A stretch of 62,590 nt of DNA, from the NCBI GenBank assembly GCA_964645285.1, contig CAZYDR010000005.1:1-62590 (forward strand), in the 5' to 3' direction. Of the stretch, positions 36,871 to 49,369 are shown piece by piece. Source of the DNA: an uncultured Alphaproteobacteria bacterium (lineage in GTDB: Bacteria > Pseudomonadota > Alphaproteobacteria > JAAXGF01). How positions within the stretch are numbered: position 1 is the first letter of the stretch; each line of letters opens with the position of its first letter. The notes beneath the pieces were generated by a model. The model saw nothing but the letters and a program-made list of their open reading frames with translations, made no database searches and was not told the origin of the DNA. The position numbers were made by a program, and so were the translations under genes.

Positions 36871-38436
36871 TCAAACGAAGGCGTCGGGCTCGGCGTCCTT
36901 CTTTTCTTTGATAAAGGCATTGAGCGCTTCGTCGATAGCCGAGTCAAGGGCCGGCGCCTCGTAGTCGGTGAGAATTCGCTTATAGACCCCATTGGCGCGC
37001 TGATAGGCATCCCGGGAGCCTTCGGCTTCCCATTGCTCCATTGAGTTGTTGTCGGCAATGGACGAGCGGTAGAAGGCGGTCTCGAAATTGGCCTGGGTAT
37101 GGGCACAGCCGAGGAAATGATTGCCCGGCCCAACCTCGCAAACCGCGTCCATGGCCTGGCCGTTCTCGCTTATGTCGACGCCGCCGGCGAGCACCTGCAT
37201 CATGCCCAACTGGTCGGCGTCCATAACGAATTTCTCATAGCTTGAGACCAGCCCGCCCTCGAGCCAGCCCGCTGCGTGAAGCATGAAGTTGACCCCGGCG
37301 AGCAGGCCGGGCAGCAGGGTCTGGGCGCTCTCAAAGGCAGCCTGGGCGTCGGGCAGCTTGGAGCCGCAGAGCGAGCCGCCGGAGCGGAACGGCACCCCGA
37401 GACGGCGCGCCAGCTGGGCGGCGGCAAGGGTAACCAGGGTGGGCCCGGGCGTGCCGAAGGTCGGCGCGCCCGACTGCATGGAGATCGACGAAGCGAAGGT
37501 GCCGAACACCACAGGCGCGCCGGCCCGCACGAGCTGGGCGAAGGCCATGCCGGACATGGTCTCGGCGAGCACCTGGGCCAGGGTTCCGGCCACGGTCACC
37601 GGGCTCATGGCGCCGGCCAGAATAAACGGCGAAATGACGCAAGCCTGGCCCGCCCGCGCATAAACCTTAAGCGCGCCGAGCATGGTGGCGTCCCACACCA
37701 TGGGCGAGTTGGCGTTGATCAGGTTTATCAGCACGCAGTTTTCATCGACGAAGTCGCTGCCGAACACCAGACGCGCCATGGCAACCGAGTCCGCCGCCCG
37801 CTCAGGCGCGGTGACCGATCCCATGAACGGTTTGTCCGAATAGCGGATATGGCTGTAGACCATGTCGAGGTGGCGTTTGTTGACGGCGATATCCACCGGT
37901 TCGCAAACCGTGCCGCCGGAATGGTGCATGGCCGGCGTCATGTAGGCGAGCTTCACGAAATTGCGGAAGTCCTCGATGGTGGCGTAGCGCCGGCCGCCAT
38001 CGATGTCGCGCACGAAGGGCGGCCCGTAGACCGGCGCGAACACCGTGGCGTGGCCGCCGATCTGGACATTGCGCTCGGGGTTGCGGGCGTGCTGGGTGAA
38101 GGTCCGGGGCGCGCTGGCGATCAGCGAGCGGGCAAGGCCGCGGGGCAGGCGTACGCGGGTGCCCTGGACATCGGCGCCGGCGTCCTGCCACAAGGCTAAC
38201 GCCTCTTCATCATCGTGGAACTCGATTCCGACCTCTTCGAGGATGGTCTCGGCATTGGCCTCGATGATTTCGAGACCCTCCTCCGACATCACCTCGGTGA
38301 CCGGAAAGCGGCGCATGATCTGGGGCAGATGCACGAGAGTCGTGCGGCTGCGCGCTTCCCGCCGCGCAGTTCTGCCGCCACCCCGTTCGCGGCGCCGCGG
38401 CGTTGCCTGTTCAGCCATACGATAACTCTCCTGCAC
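36871..38436 (-). CDS. MttB-family (trimethylamine methyltransferase superfamily) protein, non-pyrrolysine type
   Basis: About 515-521 aa with no internal TAG. EIIEANAETILEEVGIEF, FAPVYGPPFVRD, INANSPMVWD and FMLHAAGWLEGGL resemble COG5598/MttB proteins common in Alphaproteobacteria. The likely start is Met at 38418. Confidence 0.85.
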   Translation of the reverse strand: MQESYRMAEQATPRRRERGGGRTARREARSRTTLVHLPQIMRRFPVTEVMSEEGLEIIEANAETILEEVGIEFHDDEEALALWQDAGADVQGTRVRLPRGLARSLIASAPRTFTQHARNPERNVQIGGHATVFAPVYGPPFVRDIDGGRRYATIEDFRNFVKLAYMTPAMHHSGGTVCEPVDIAVNKRHLDMVYSHIRYSDKPFMGSVTAPERAADSVAMARLVFGSDFVDENCVLINLINANSPMVWDATMLGALKVYARAGQACVISPFILAGAMSPVTVAGTLAQVLAETMSGMAFAQLVRAGAPVVFGTFASSISMQSGAPTFGTPGPTLVTLAAAQLARRLGVPFRSGGSLCGSKLPDAQAAFESAQTLLPGLLAGVNFMLHAAGWLEGGLVSSYEKFVMDADQLGMMQVLAGGVDISENGQAMDAVCEVGPGNHFLGCAHTQANFETAFYRSSIADNNSMEQWEAEGSRDAYQRANGVYKRILTDYEAPALDSAIDEALNAFIKEKKDAEPDAFV

Positions 38437-38501
38437 CGGTCAATTTTTGACCACGGATTGTAATACATCGCGGCGGCCGAAATGTCCCGGCCACGCCCCA
38501 T

Positions 38502-38522
38502 AAACGTCGGGCGGCGACGTTT
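38502..38522. other. Hairpin between the DUF1127 genes and mttB
   Basis: AAACGTCG (38502-38509) / CGACGTTT (38515-38522) with a 5-nt GC loop. No clean U-tract on the minus strand, so the function is unclear. Confidence 0.3.
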
Positions 38523-38564
38523 TATGCGCCGCCGCCCGAGAACGGTGATGGTTGCGCCTGTCGG

Positions 38565-38708
38565 TTATCTAAGGCCGCGCACCACCCGGTCAATACCGCC
38601 GCGCCCCATTCCCAGGTCGTTGAGCGTGCGGGCATCGAGGCGGCCAAGCTGGTCGCGGGAAACCGAGCGGTTGCGCCAGCGACGGATTTTGCTGATGAGT
38701 TTCGTCAT
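38565..38708 (-). CDS. DUF1127 domain small protein (47 aa)
   Basis: MTKLISKIRRWRNRSVSRDQLGRLDARTLNDLGMGRGGIDRVVRGLR: the RRWR...L..LD.R.L.D.G pattern of DUF1127. Confidence 0.8.
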   Translation of the reverse strand: MTKLISKIRRWRNRSVSRDQLGRLDARTLNDLGMGRGGIDRVVRGLR

Positions 38709-38731
38709 GACAGGTGCTCTCTGGTCCAGAA

Positions 38732-38875
38732 TTAGCGCGGATGACCGATGACGCAATCCACGTCATAGCGTGAAATGCCGATGTCGCGCAGCATGTGCGC
38801 ATCGAGGCGGGCAAGCCGGCCCTGGTAGAAGGTCTTGTCGCGCCACCGACGAATGGTCTTGAGAATGGGGTTCAT
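38732..38875 (-). CDS. DUF1127 domain small protein (47 aa), not in the supplied ORF track
   Basis: Hand translation gives MNPILKTIRRWRDKTFYQGRLARLDAHMLRDIGISRYDVDCVIGHPR*. ATG 38875 is preceded by AAGGAA (7-nt spacing) and the stop is TAA 38732-38734. Confidence 0.75.
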   Translation of the reverse strand: MNPILKTIRRWRDKTFYQGRLARLDAHMLRDIGISRYDVDCVIGHPR

Positions 38876-39073
38876 GGTCTTGTTCCTTGGTGAAACCTGG
38901 GGGGATGCGTTGTTCGTTGAGGCCCAAATAGACCTGCTGGCGCCTTGTCACAAGTGCCCGAAATGCGCGGCAGATATGCTCAAATCGCATAGCCGCCCAG
39001 AGCCTCAGGCGACTTGCCAGACGCCGCCGGATTGACCATGCTTCCAACCCTGTGGCGACCCGGAGGATGGCCT

Positions 39074-40372
39074 ATGCCCACGACGATCTTTACCGATGAT
39101 GTTCGGTTCCAGCCCTATTGGTGGAACGCCGCGCCCTTCCTTGAAGAAACCCCGCCGGCGCTCCCCGCCCAGGCCGATGTCATCGTTGTCGGGGCCGGCT
39201 ATACCGGCTTGTCGGCGGCCCTGACCTGCGCCCGTGGTAGCCGCCATGTGGTGGTGCTGGACGCCAACGCCCTAGGCGAAGGCGCCAGTTCGCGCAATGC
39301 CGGGTTCCTCGGCCGCACCTTCACTCTCGGTTTTACGGAACTATCCGAAAAGGCTGGACTTGATGCCGCCAAAGCGGTCTACCGCCACGGCGACCACGCC
39401 TTCGACTATGTGGCCCATCTGATCGAAAGTGAGCAGATCCATTGCCTGTTCTCCCGCACCGGCCGCTTCACCGGCGCCAATACCCCCAGCCATTACGAAG
39501 ACATGGCCCGCGATGCGGAGGCGTTGCGCAAACATCTCGGAACCGAGGTGGAAATGGTTCCCCGGAGCGAGCAGCACCGCGAGATCGGCGTCGACTCCTT
39601 CCATGGCGGTCAGCTCATGCTCGGCGATGCCGGCCTGCATCCGGCAATGTTCCACCAGGGCCTGCTCGACCGTGTCCGTGCCGCCGGAGCAACTGTCGCC
39701 GGCCATACGCCCATGACCAGTATCGTCCGCCATGGCGATGATTTTACGGTGGCAACGCCGCGCGGGTCGATAACGGCGCGCCACGTGGTCATCGCCACCA
39801 ACGGCGAGACCGGCGCGGTCACGCCGTGGTTCCGCCGCCGGTTAGTTTCCGTCGGCGCCTATGCAATTGCCACCGAACCCCAGCCGCCCGAGGTCATGGC
39901 GCAAATCTTCCCGACGGGGCGGTTGACCATCGACAGCGGAAAGATGAAATTTTTCTGCCGCCCCGCGCCCGACGGCAGCCGCGTCTTGTTTGGCGGCCGC
40001 GCCTTCTTTGGCGACGACAATTATCGGGCCACGGCCACCGGCCTGCAGCGCGCCATGGTCAGGCGCTTTCCCATGCTCGAAGGAGTCCGGCTCAGTCACG
40101 GCTGGGGCGGCCGGGTGGCTTTCAGCTTCGACCGCCTGCCCCACCACGGTCGTCGCGACGGCATGCACTATGCCCTGGGTTATTGCGGCGCCGGCCTGCC
40201 CAAGGGTACTTATCTCGGTCACAAGACCGCTCTCGACATCCTTGGCGAGAAGGATACGGCAACGCCATTTACCGACACGGCCTTCCCGACCCTGCCATTC
40301 TACAACGGCTGGCCCTGGTTCGTGCCGGCCATGTCCGTCTACTACCTGCTCCGCGACCGCCTGGAACGCTAA
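39074..40372 (+). CDS. FAD-dependent oxidoreductase (DAO/OrdL-PuuB-like amine oxidoreductase)
   Basis: ATG 39074 lies after GGAGGA; 432 aa. PYWW motif, VIVVGAGYTGLSAAL, GASSRNAG. Confidence 0.85.
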   Translation: MPTTIFTDDVRFQPYWWNAAPFLEETPPALPAQADVIVVGAGYTGLSAALTCARGSRHVVVLDANALGEGASSRNAGFLGRTFTLGFTELSEKAGLDAAKAVYRHGDHAFDYVAHLIESEQIHCLFSRTGRFTGANTPSHYEDMARDAEALRKHLGTEVEMVPRSEQHREIGVDSFHGGQLMLGDAGLHPAMFHQGLLDRVRAAGATVAGHTPMTSIVRHGDDFTVATPRGSITARHVVIATNGETGAVTPWFRRRLVSVGAYAIATEPQPPEVMAQIFPTGRLTIDSGKMKFFCRPAPDGSRVLFGGRAFFGDDNYRATATGLQRAMVRRFPMLEGVRLSHGWGGRVAFSFDRLPHHGRRDGMHYALGYCGAGLPKGTYLGHKTALDILGEKDTATPFTDTAFPTLPFYNGWPWFVPAMSVYYLLRDRLER

Positions 40373-40385
40373 TTTGGAGACTCTC

Positions 40386-41684
40386 ATGCTCGACGATATT
40401 TTCACCGACGACGTCAAGTTCGAGGCCTATTGGTGGGAAGCGGCGCCACGCCCCAAGGAAACCCCGCCAGACCTGCCCGAGCGTACCGACGTGGCGGTGG
40501 TCGGCTCGGGCTTTTCCGGGCTGTCGGCGGCCCTGACGTGCGCTCGCGGCGGCCGCCACGTCACCGTGTTCGAGGCCGGCGATGTCGGCCAGGGGGCGAG
40601 TTCACGCAACGGCGGCATGTGCGGCAGCGGCCTTAAGGTTGGCTTTACCGACCTGACCGCGAAAATCGGCCTCAAGGACGCGGTCGCGTTCTATCGCGAC
40701 GGCGAGGTCGCGCTCGATTACCTGGAACACCTCATCGAGAGTGAGCAGATCCATTGCCATTTCTCCCGCATGGGGCACTTTTCCGGCGCCCATGTGCCGA
40801 GCCACTACGACGCCATGGCGCGCGATTCCGAAGCCCTGAACAAACATCTCAACGTCGGGTCGACGATGATCCCCCGCGCCGAACAGCACAAGGAGATCGG
40901 CACCGAGCTTTATTACGGCGGCATCGTCGCCCCCCGTGAAGCGGGCCTCCACCCGGCGCTCTATCATCAAGGGTTGCTCGAGCGGGTGCGCGCCACCGAT
41001 ACCCTGGTCGCCGGCAACACCCCGGTAACCAATATCAGCCGCGACGGTGACGACTTCATCATCACCACGCCGCGCGGCCGTGTCGTGGCCCGCAACGTGG
41101 TCATCGGGACCAACGGCTATACCGACCGGGCCGCCGGCTGGTTGCGCCGCCGCTTGGTGCCCATCGGCACTTATATGATCGCCACCGAGCCCGTCGTGCC
41201 GGACGTCATGGCCCGGCTGGCGCCGACCATGCGCATGCTCAGCGACAGCAAGAAGATCCTCTATTACTTCCGCCCATCGCCCGACGGTACGCGTATTCTG
41301 TTCGGCGGCCGCGCCGCCTTCGCCAACAATGACCAGCGGGTGACCGGCGCCCGGTTGCGCCGTTTCATGCTCAGCGTCTGGCCCGAATTGGCCGACCTCA
41401 AGATTACCCACAGCTGGGCCGGCAATGTCGCCTTCACCCTCGACAAGCTGCCCCACATCGGCGTCCAGGACGGCATGCATTACGCCATCGGCTATTGCGG
41501 CTCGGGGGTGGTCAAGGCGACCTATCTCGGGCACAAGGCGGCGCAGTCCATCCTTGGTGACAGCGATGCCGCCTCGCCATTGATGAACCGCGATTTCCAG
41601 GCCCTGCCGCTCTACGACGGCACCCCGTGGTTCCTGCCCCTGGTCGCCATGTACTACAACCTCGCCGACCGCATGGCCCGGTGA
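40386..41684 (+). CDS. FAD-dependent oxidoreductase, tandem paralogue of the previous gene
   Basis: ATG 40386 lies after GGAGA; 432 aa. It is collinear with 39074-40372 along its whole length (AYWW, VAVVGSGFSGLSAAL, LIESEQIHC shared). Confidence 0.85.
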   Translation: MLDDIFTDDVKFEAYWWEAAPRPKETPPDLPERTDVAVVGSGFSGLSAALTCARGGRHVTVFEAGDVGQGASSRNGGMCGSGLKVGFTDLTAKIGLKDAVAFYRDGEVALDYLEHLIESEQIHCHFSRMGHFSGAHVPSHYDAMARDSEALNKHLNVGSTMIPRAEQHKEIGTELYYGGIVAPREAGLHPALYHQGLLERVRATDTLVAGNTPVTNISRDGDDFIITTPRGRVVARNVVIGTNGYTDRAAGWLRRRLVPIGTYMIATEPVVPDVMARLAPTMRMLSDSKKILYYFRPSPDGTRILFGGRAAFANNDQRVTGARLRRFMLSVWPELADLKITHSWAGNVAFTLDKLPHIGVQDGMHYAIGYCGSGVVKATYLGHKAAQSILGDSDAASPLMNRDFQALPLYDGTPWFLPLVAMYYNLADRMAR

Positions 41685-41708
41685 CGCCAACCAGCAACGG
41701 ATAATCCC

Positions 41709-43734
41709 ATGGCCGAGCATGACGCGCTTCTCAAGCATCTGACGATCCGCAACCGGGTGATGTCGACGGCCCATGCGCCGGGCTACCCCGAGAACGGCAT
41801 GCCGACCGAGCGCTACCAGCTCTATCACGCGGAGAAAGCCGAAGGCGGCATCGGCCTGACCATCTTCGGCGGCTCCTCCTCGGTGGCTGTCGACTCGCTG
41901 ACCACCGCCTTCGGTCAGGTGGCGGTCTATGACGACAAGGTGATTTCCTATTTTCATGAATTCGCCGACCGGGTTCACGGCCATGGGGCGGCGCTGATGT
42001 GCCAGATCACCCATATGGGCCGGCGCAACAACTGGGACACCGCCGACTGGCTGACGTTGATCGCGCCGTCGCTCGTGCGCGAGCATTCCCACCGGGCCAT
42101 ACCCAAGGAAATGGAGGACTGGGACTTCAAGCGGGTCATCAAGTTGTTCGGCCAGGCGGCGCGGCGCTGCAAGGACGGCGGCCTCGACGGCATCGAGCTG
42201 TTGTTCGGCGCCCAGCACCTGATCGACCAGTTCCACACCCCCATGGCCAACCAGCGGACCGACACTTACGCCGGCAGCCTGGAGAACCGCATGCGCTTCG
42301 GCCTTGAGGTGCTTGAAGAAGTGCGCCGGGTGGTCGGCGACGACTTCATCGTCAGCGCCCGCATGACCGGCGATGAACTGGACGACGGCGGCTACGGCCT
42401 CGACGAAGGCATCAAGATTGCCCAGACCCTGGCCAAAACCGGCATGGTCGACTTCCTCAACGTCTTCCACAGCCACACCGCCGACCACATGGGCGTCGCC
42501 GTGATGATGCCGAACATGTCATTCCCCGTGGCGCCCTTCGTCTATATGGCCAGCGCCATCAAGGCCGCGCGACGTGCCGGTGTTCCATGCCGGGCGCATC
42601 ACCGACGTGGCCGGCGCCAGCCGCGCCGTGGAAGAAGGCCATATCGACATGGTCGCCATGGTCCGCGCCCACATGGCCGACCCCTATGTAGTGTCGAAGA
42701 TGCAAGAGGGCCGAAGCGACGACATTCGCCAGTGTGTCGGCGCCAACTACTGCATCGACCGGGTGCTCATGGGCGGCGGCGCGTTGTGCGTTCAGAACCC
42801 GGTGACCGGCCGCGAGGCGACCATGCCCAACGTCATAACCAAGGGTGAGACCCGGCGCAAGGTAGTCGTCGCCGGCGCCGGGCCGGCTGGTCTCGAAGCG
42901 GCCCGGGTCTGCACCTTGCACGGCCACCTTGTGGTGCTGTTCGAGACCGCCGCCGAAGTCGGCGGCCAGATCAATATCGCCGCCAAGGCGGACTGGCGCG
43001 AGGGTCTGCTGGGCATCATCCGCTGGCTCCATAGTCAGGTCGTCAAGGCCGGTGTCGATATAAGGCTGAGCACACCCGCGACCGCCGACACGGTAACCGC
43101 CGAGGACCCGGACATGGTCATCGTCGCCACTGGCGGCAGGGCTCATAAGGGCACCTTCGAGGGCACCGACCTAGCGGTCAGTACCTGGGACATTCTCAAC
43201 GGCGTGGTCGAGCCGGCGGACAACGTCATGATCTACGCCGACAACGGCCAGCACCAGGGCCCGTCCTGCGCCACCTTCATGGCCGAGCGCGGCGCCGAGG
43301 TCGGGCTGGCCACGCCGGACCGCATGGCGGCCGAGGAGATGGGCGGAACCAATTTTTCGACCTATCTGCGTGATCTCCACAAGCACGGCGTGGTCGTCAC
43401 CCCGGACCAGCGCCTGACCCGGGTCTACCGCGAGGGCAACAAGCTGGTCGCCGTATTCCGCCACCAGTATTCCAAGCTCGAGGAAGAGCGCGAGGTCGAC
43501 CAGATCGTCGCCGAACACGGCGCCCTGCCCGTGGACGATCTCTATTTCGCTCTCAAAGAACAGTCGTCCAACCGGGGCGAGCTTGACATGGAGGCGCTGA
43601 TCGCCGGCCGCCCCCAGACCATCGCCACCAATCCCAATGGTGCGTTCCAGCTATTCCGAGTCGGCGACGCCGTAGCCGGCCGCAACATCCACGCCGCGAT
43701 CTACGACTCACTCCGGCTCTGTAAGGACTTTTAG
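41709..43734 (+). pseudogene. OYE-FMN + FAD/NAD(P) two-domain flavoprotein (StcD/DgcA-like N-methyl amine demethylase family), frameshifted
   Basis: The N-terminal part (LKHLTIRNRVMSTAHAPGY...) runs in frame 3 to ..ASAIKAA. The continuation DVPVFHAGRITD...CVGANYCIDR...VVVAGAGPAGLEAA is in frame 1, with the junction at ~42567-42573. Confidence 0.7.
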
Positions 43735-43736
43735 AA

Positions 43737-44687
43737 CTAGGGCGCTTTGTCACCAGCAGGGCCGTCGTGGCCGAAGACGTCGGCGGCCACCGGGTGCTTG
43801 CGCCGGGCGGCGATGCGTTCGCGGTGCAGCAGGTAGAGGCCGCACATAACGAGGCCGAGCGATCCGATGGTGACGATGGTGGTCGGGATGTGATCCCAGA
43901 TAATCCAGCCGATCAGCGCTGCCCAGGCGATGCTGGTGTACTCGAACGGCGCCACCAGAGACGGCGCGGCCACCGAGAAGCCGATGGTCATGGTGTAGGC
44001 CGCGACACCGGCGATGACGCCGATGGCAATAAACATCCCCCATTCCGCCGACGTCGGGGTAACCCAATTGAACGGCACGAACACGGCGCCGAACAGCGTG
44101 AAGATCAACAGGGTGTAGAACGTCATGGGCGCCGGGTCGTCGACCCGCGCGACCACCCGCGAAAGGATGGCGCTGAGACCGAAGAAGATATTCGAAATCA
44201 GCAGCAGCACCGTGGCTAGGGAATCGACCCCGCCGCCCGGCTGCAGCATGAACAGGATCACCGCGAAGCCACCAATCACGGTAATCCAGCGCCGCACACC
44301 CACCGGCTCATCCAGCAGCGGCACCGACAAAATGGTGATGATCAGGGGCGCCGAGGCCGCCACCGCGAAGGTGTTGACCAGAGGTTGCATCGGCAGCGCC
44401 ATGACAAACAGCCCGAAGGAGCCGCAACCCAACAAGCCGCGTAGCAGATTGAGGCGAAGCCGTTGGGTACGAAAACCCTTGATACCACGCATGATCAGCA
44501 TGAAGACCGTGACCATCACCAGAGCCGCGGCGCTGCGCAGGAACAATATCTCGATAGGGCCGAAATCCTCGGCCAGGACCTTGCTCAGGGCGTCATGCAA
44601 GGCCCACAAGGCGCCGGAAACCAGGATCATCGAGATCCCCAGAATTGGCCGGTCAGGTTTGGTGGCAACCTCGGGGTTTTGGCTCAT
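43737..44687 (-). CDS. DMT (EamA/RhaT) family transporter
   Basis: 316 aa, 10 TM-like segments, two EamA-type halves. Confidence 0.85.
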   Translation of the reverse strand: MSQNPEVATKPDRPILGISMILVSGALWALHDALSKVLAEDFGPIEILFLRSAAALVMVTVFMLIMRGIKGFRTQRLRLNLLRGLLGCGSFGLFVMALPMQPLVNTFAVAASAPLIITILSVPLLDEPVGVRRWITVIGGFAVILFMLQPGGGVDSLATVLLLISNIFFGLSAILSRVVARVDDPAPMTFYTLLIFTLFGAVFVPFNWVTPTSAEWGMFIAIGVIAGVAAYTMTIGFSVAAPSLVAPFEYTSIAWAALIGWIIWDHIPTTIVTIGSLGLVMCGLYLLHRERIAARRKHPVAADVFGHDGPAGDKAP

Positions 44688-45591
44688 TTACCCTCCTCGA
44701 CCGGCGCCTCATGGGCCAGCACGTCGGTCGCAACGGGCCGCTCGCGGCGCGCCGCGATCCGCTCCCGGTGCAGCAGGTAATGACCACAGAGAACCAGCGC
44801 CAGCGAGCCGCCGATGACGATCCAGGTCGGCACTTCGCCCCAGAACATCCAACCAAACAGAGCCGCCCAGGCGACTCCGGTGTACTCAAAGGGCGCCACC
44901 AGGGACGGCGTGGCCACCCGAAACGCGATGGTCATGGTGTAAAGCGCCGTGGCCGCGAGGAACCCGGTCAAGACGAACACGGCCCAGTCGGCCGTGGTCG
45001 GCGGCGTCCAGCTGAAGGGCACGATGAAGGCATTGATGATCGCGAATATACCAAGAGTGTAGAGGGTCATGATGCCGGCGCCATCGTGACGACCGACACC
45101 GCGTAAAGAACGTTTGAACAGATTAACATTCCGGTCGCCAACGGCACCAGTCCACTACCCGGTTGCATCATGAACAGGATAGCGATGAAGCCGCCGACCA
45201 CCGCCAGCCAACGACGCACACCCACCGGCTCCTTGAGGATAGGGATTGACAATACGGTGATAAACAACGGCGCCGAGGCAAGGATGGTGAAAGTGCTGAC
45301 CAGGGGCTGCATGGGCAGGGCGATGACGAACATGGTGAAAGCGCCGCAACTGAGCAACCCGCGCACAATGTTGAGCCCCGGGAGCTGACTGCGAAATTTC
45401 CCGGCACCGCCGACAACGGCAATAAACCCTGCCACCAGGGCCGACGCCACCGCACTGCGCAGGAAGAGAATCTGCGTCGGCGGATAAGTCGCCGCGAGCT
45501 CCTTGCTGAAGGCGTCATGGAGCGCCCAGACGCCGACCGCAATCAGCATCATGACAATGCCCAGCATGGGGCGGTCGGCGCGTTGCGGCAT
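44684..45591 (-). pseudogene. DMT (EamA) family transporter, tandem paralogue, frameshifted
   Basis: The N-terminal 174-codon ORF (45067-45591) and C-terminal 128-codon ORF (44684-45070) are in different frames. Both align collinearly with the intact neighbour, and about 7 codons appear to be missing around 45100. Confidence 0.7.
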
Positions 45592-45598
45592 GGAACGG

Positions 45599-49347
<3,749 letters not shown>

Positions 49348-49369
49348 GGACCGAAACCGGGCCGGGGGC

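Noticed and set aside
36858-37133. 92-codon extension of the sulfatase ORF into mttB.
   Set aside because: It overlaps the 3' end of mttB out of frame. ATG 36857 with GGAGG gives the canonical sulfatase N-terminus (NVLILCSDEH).
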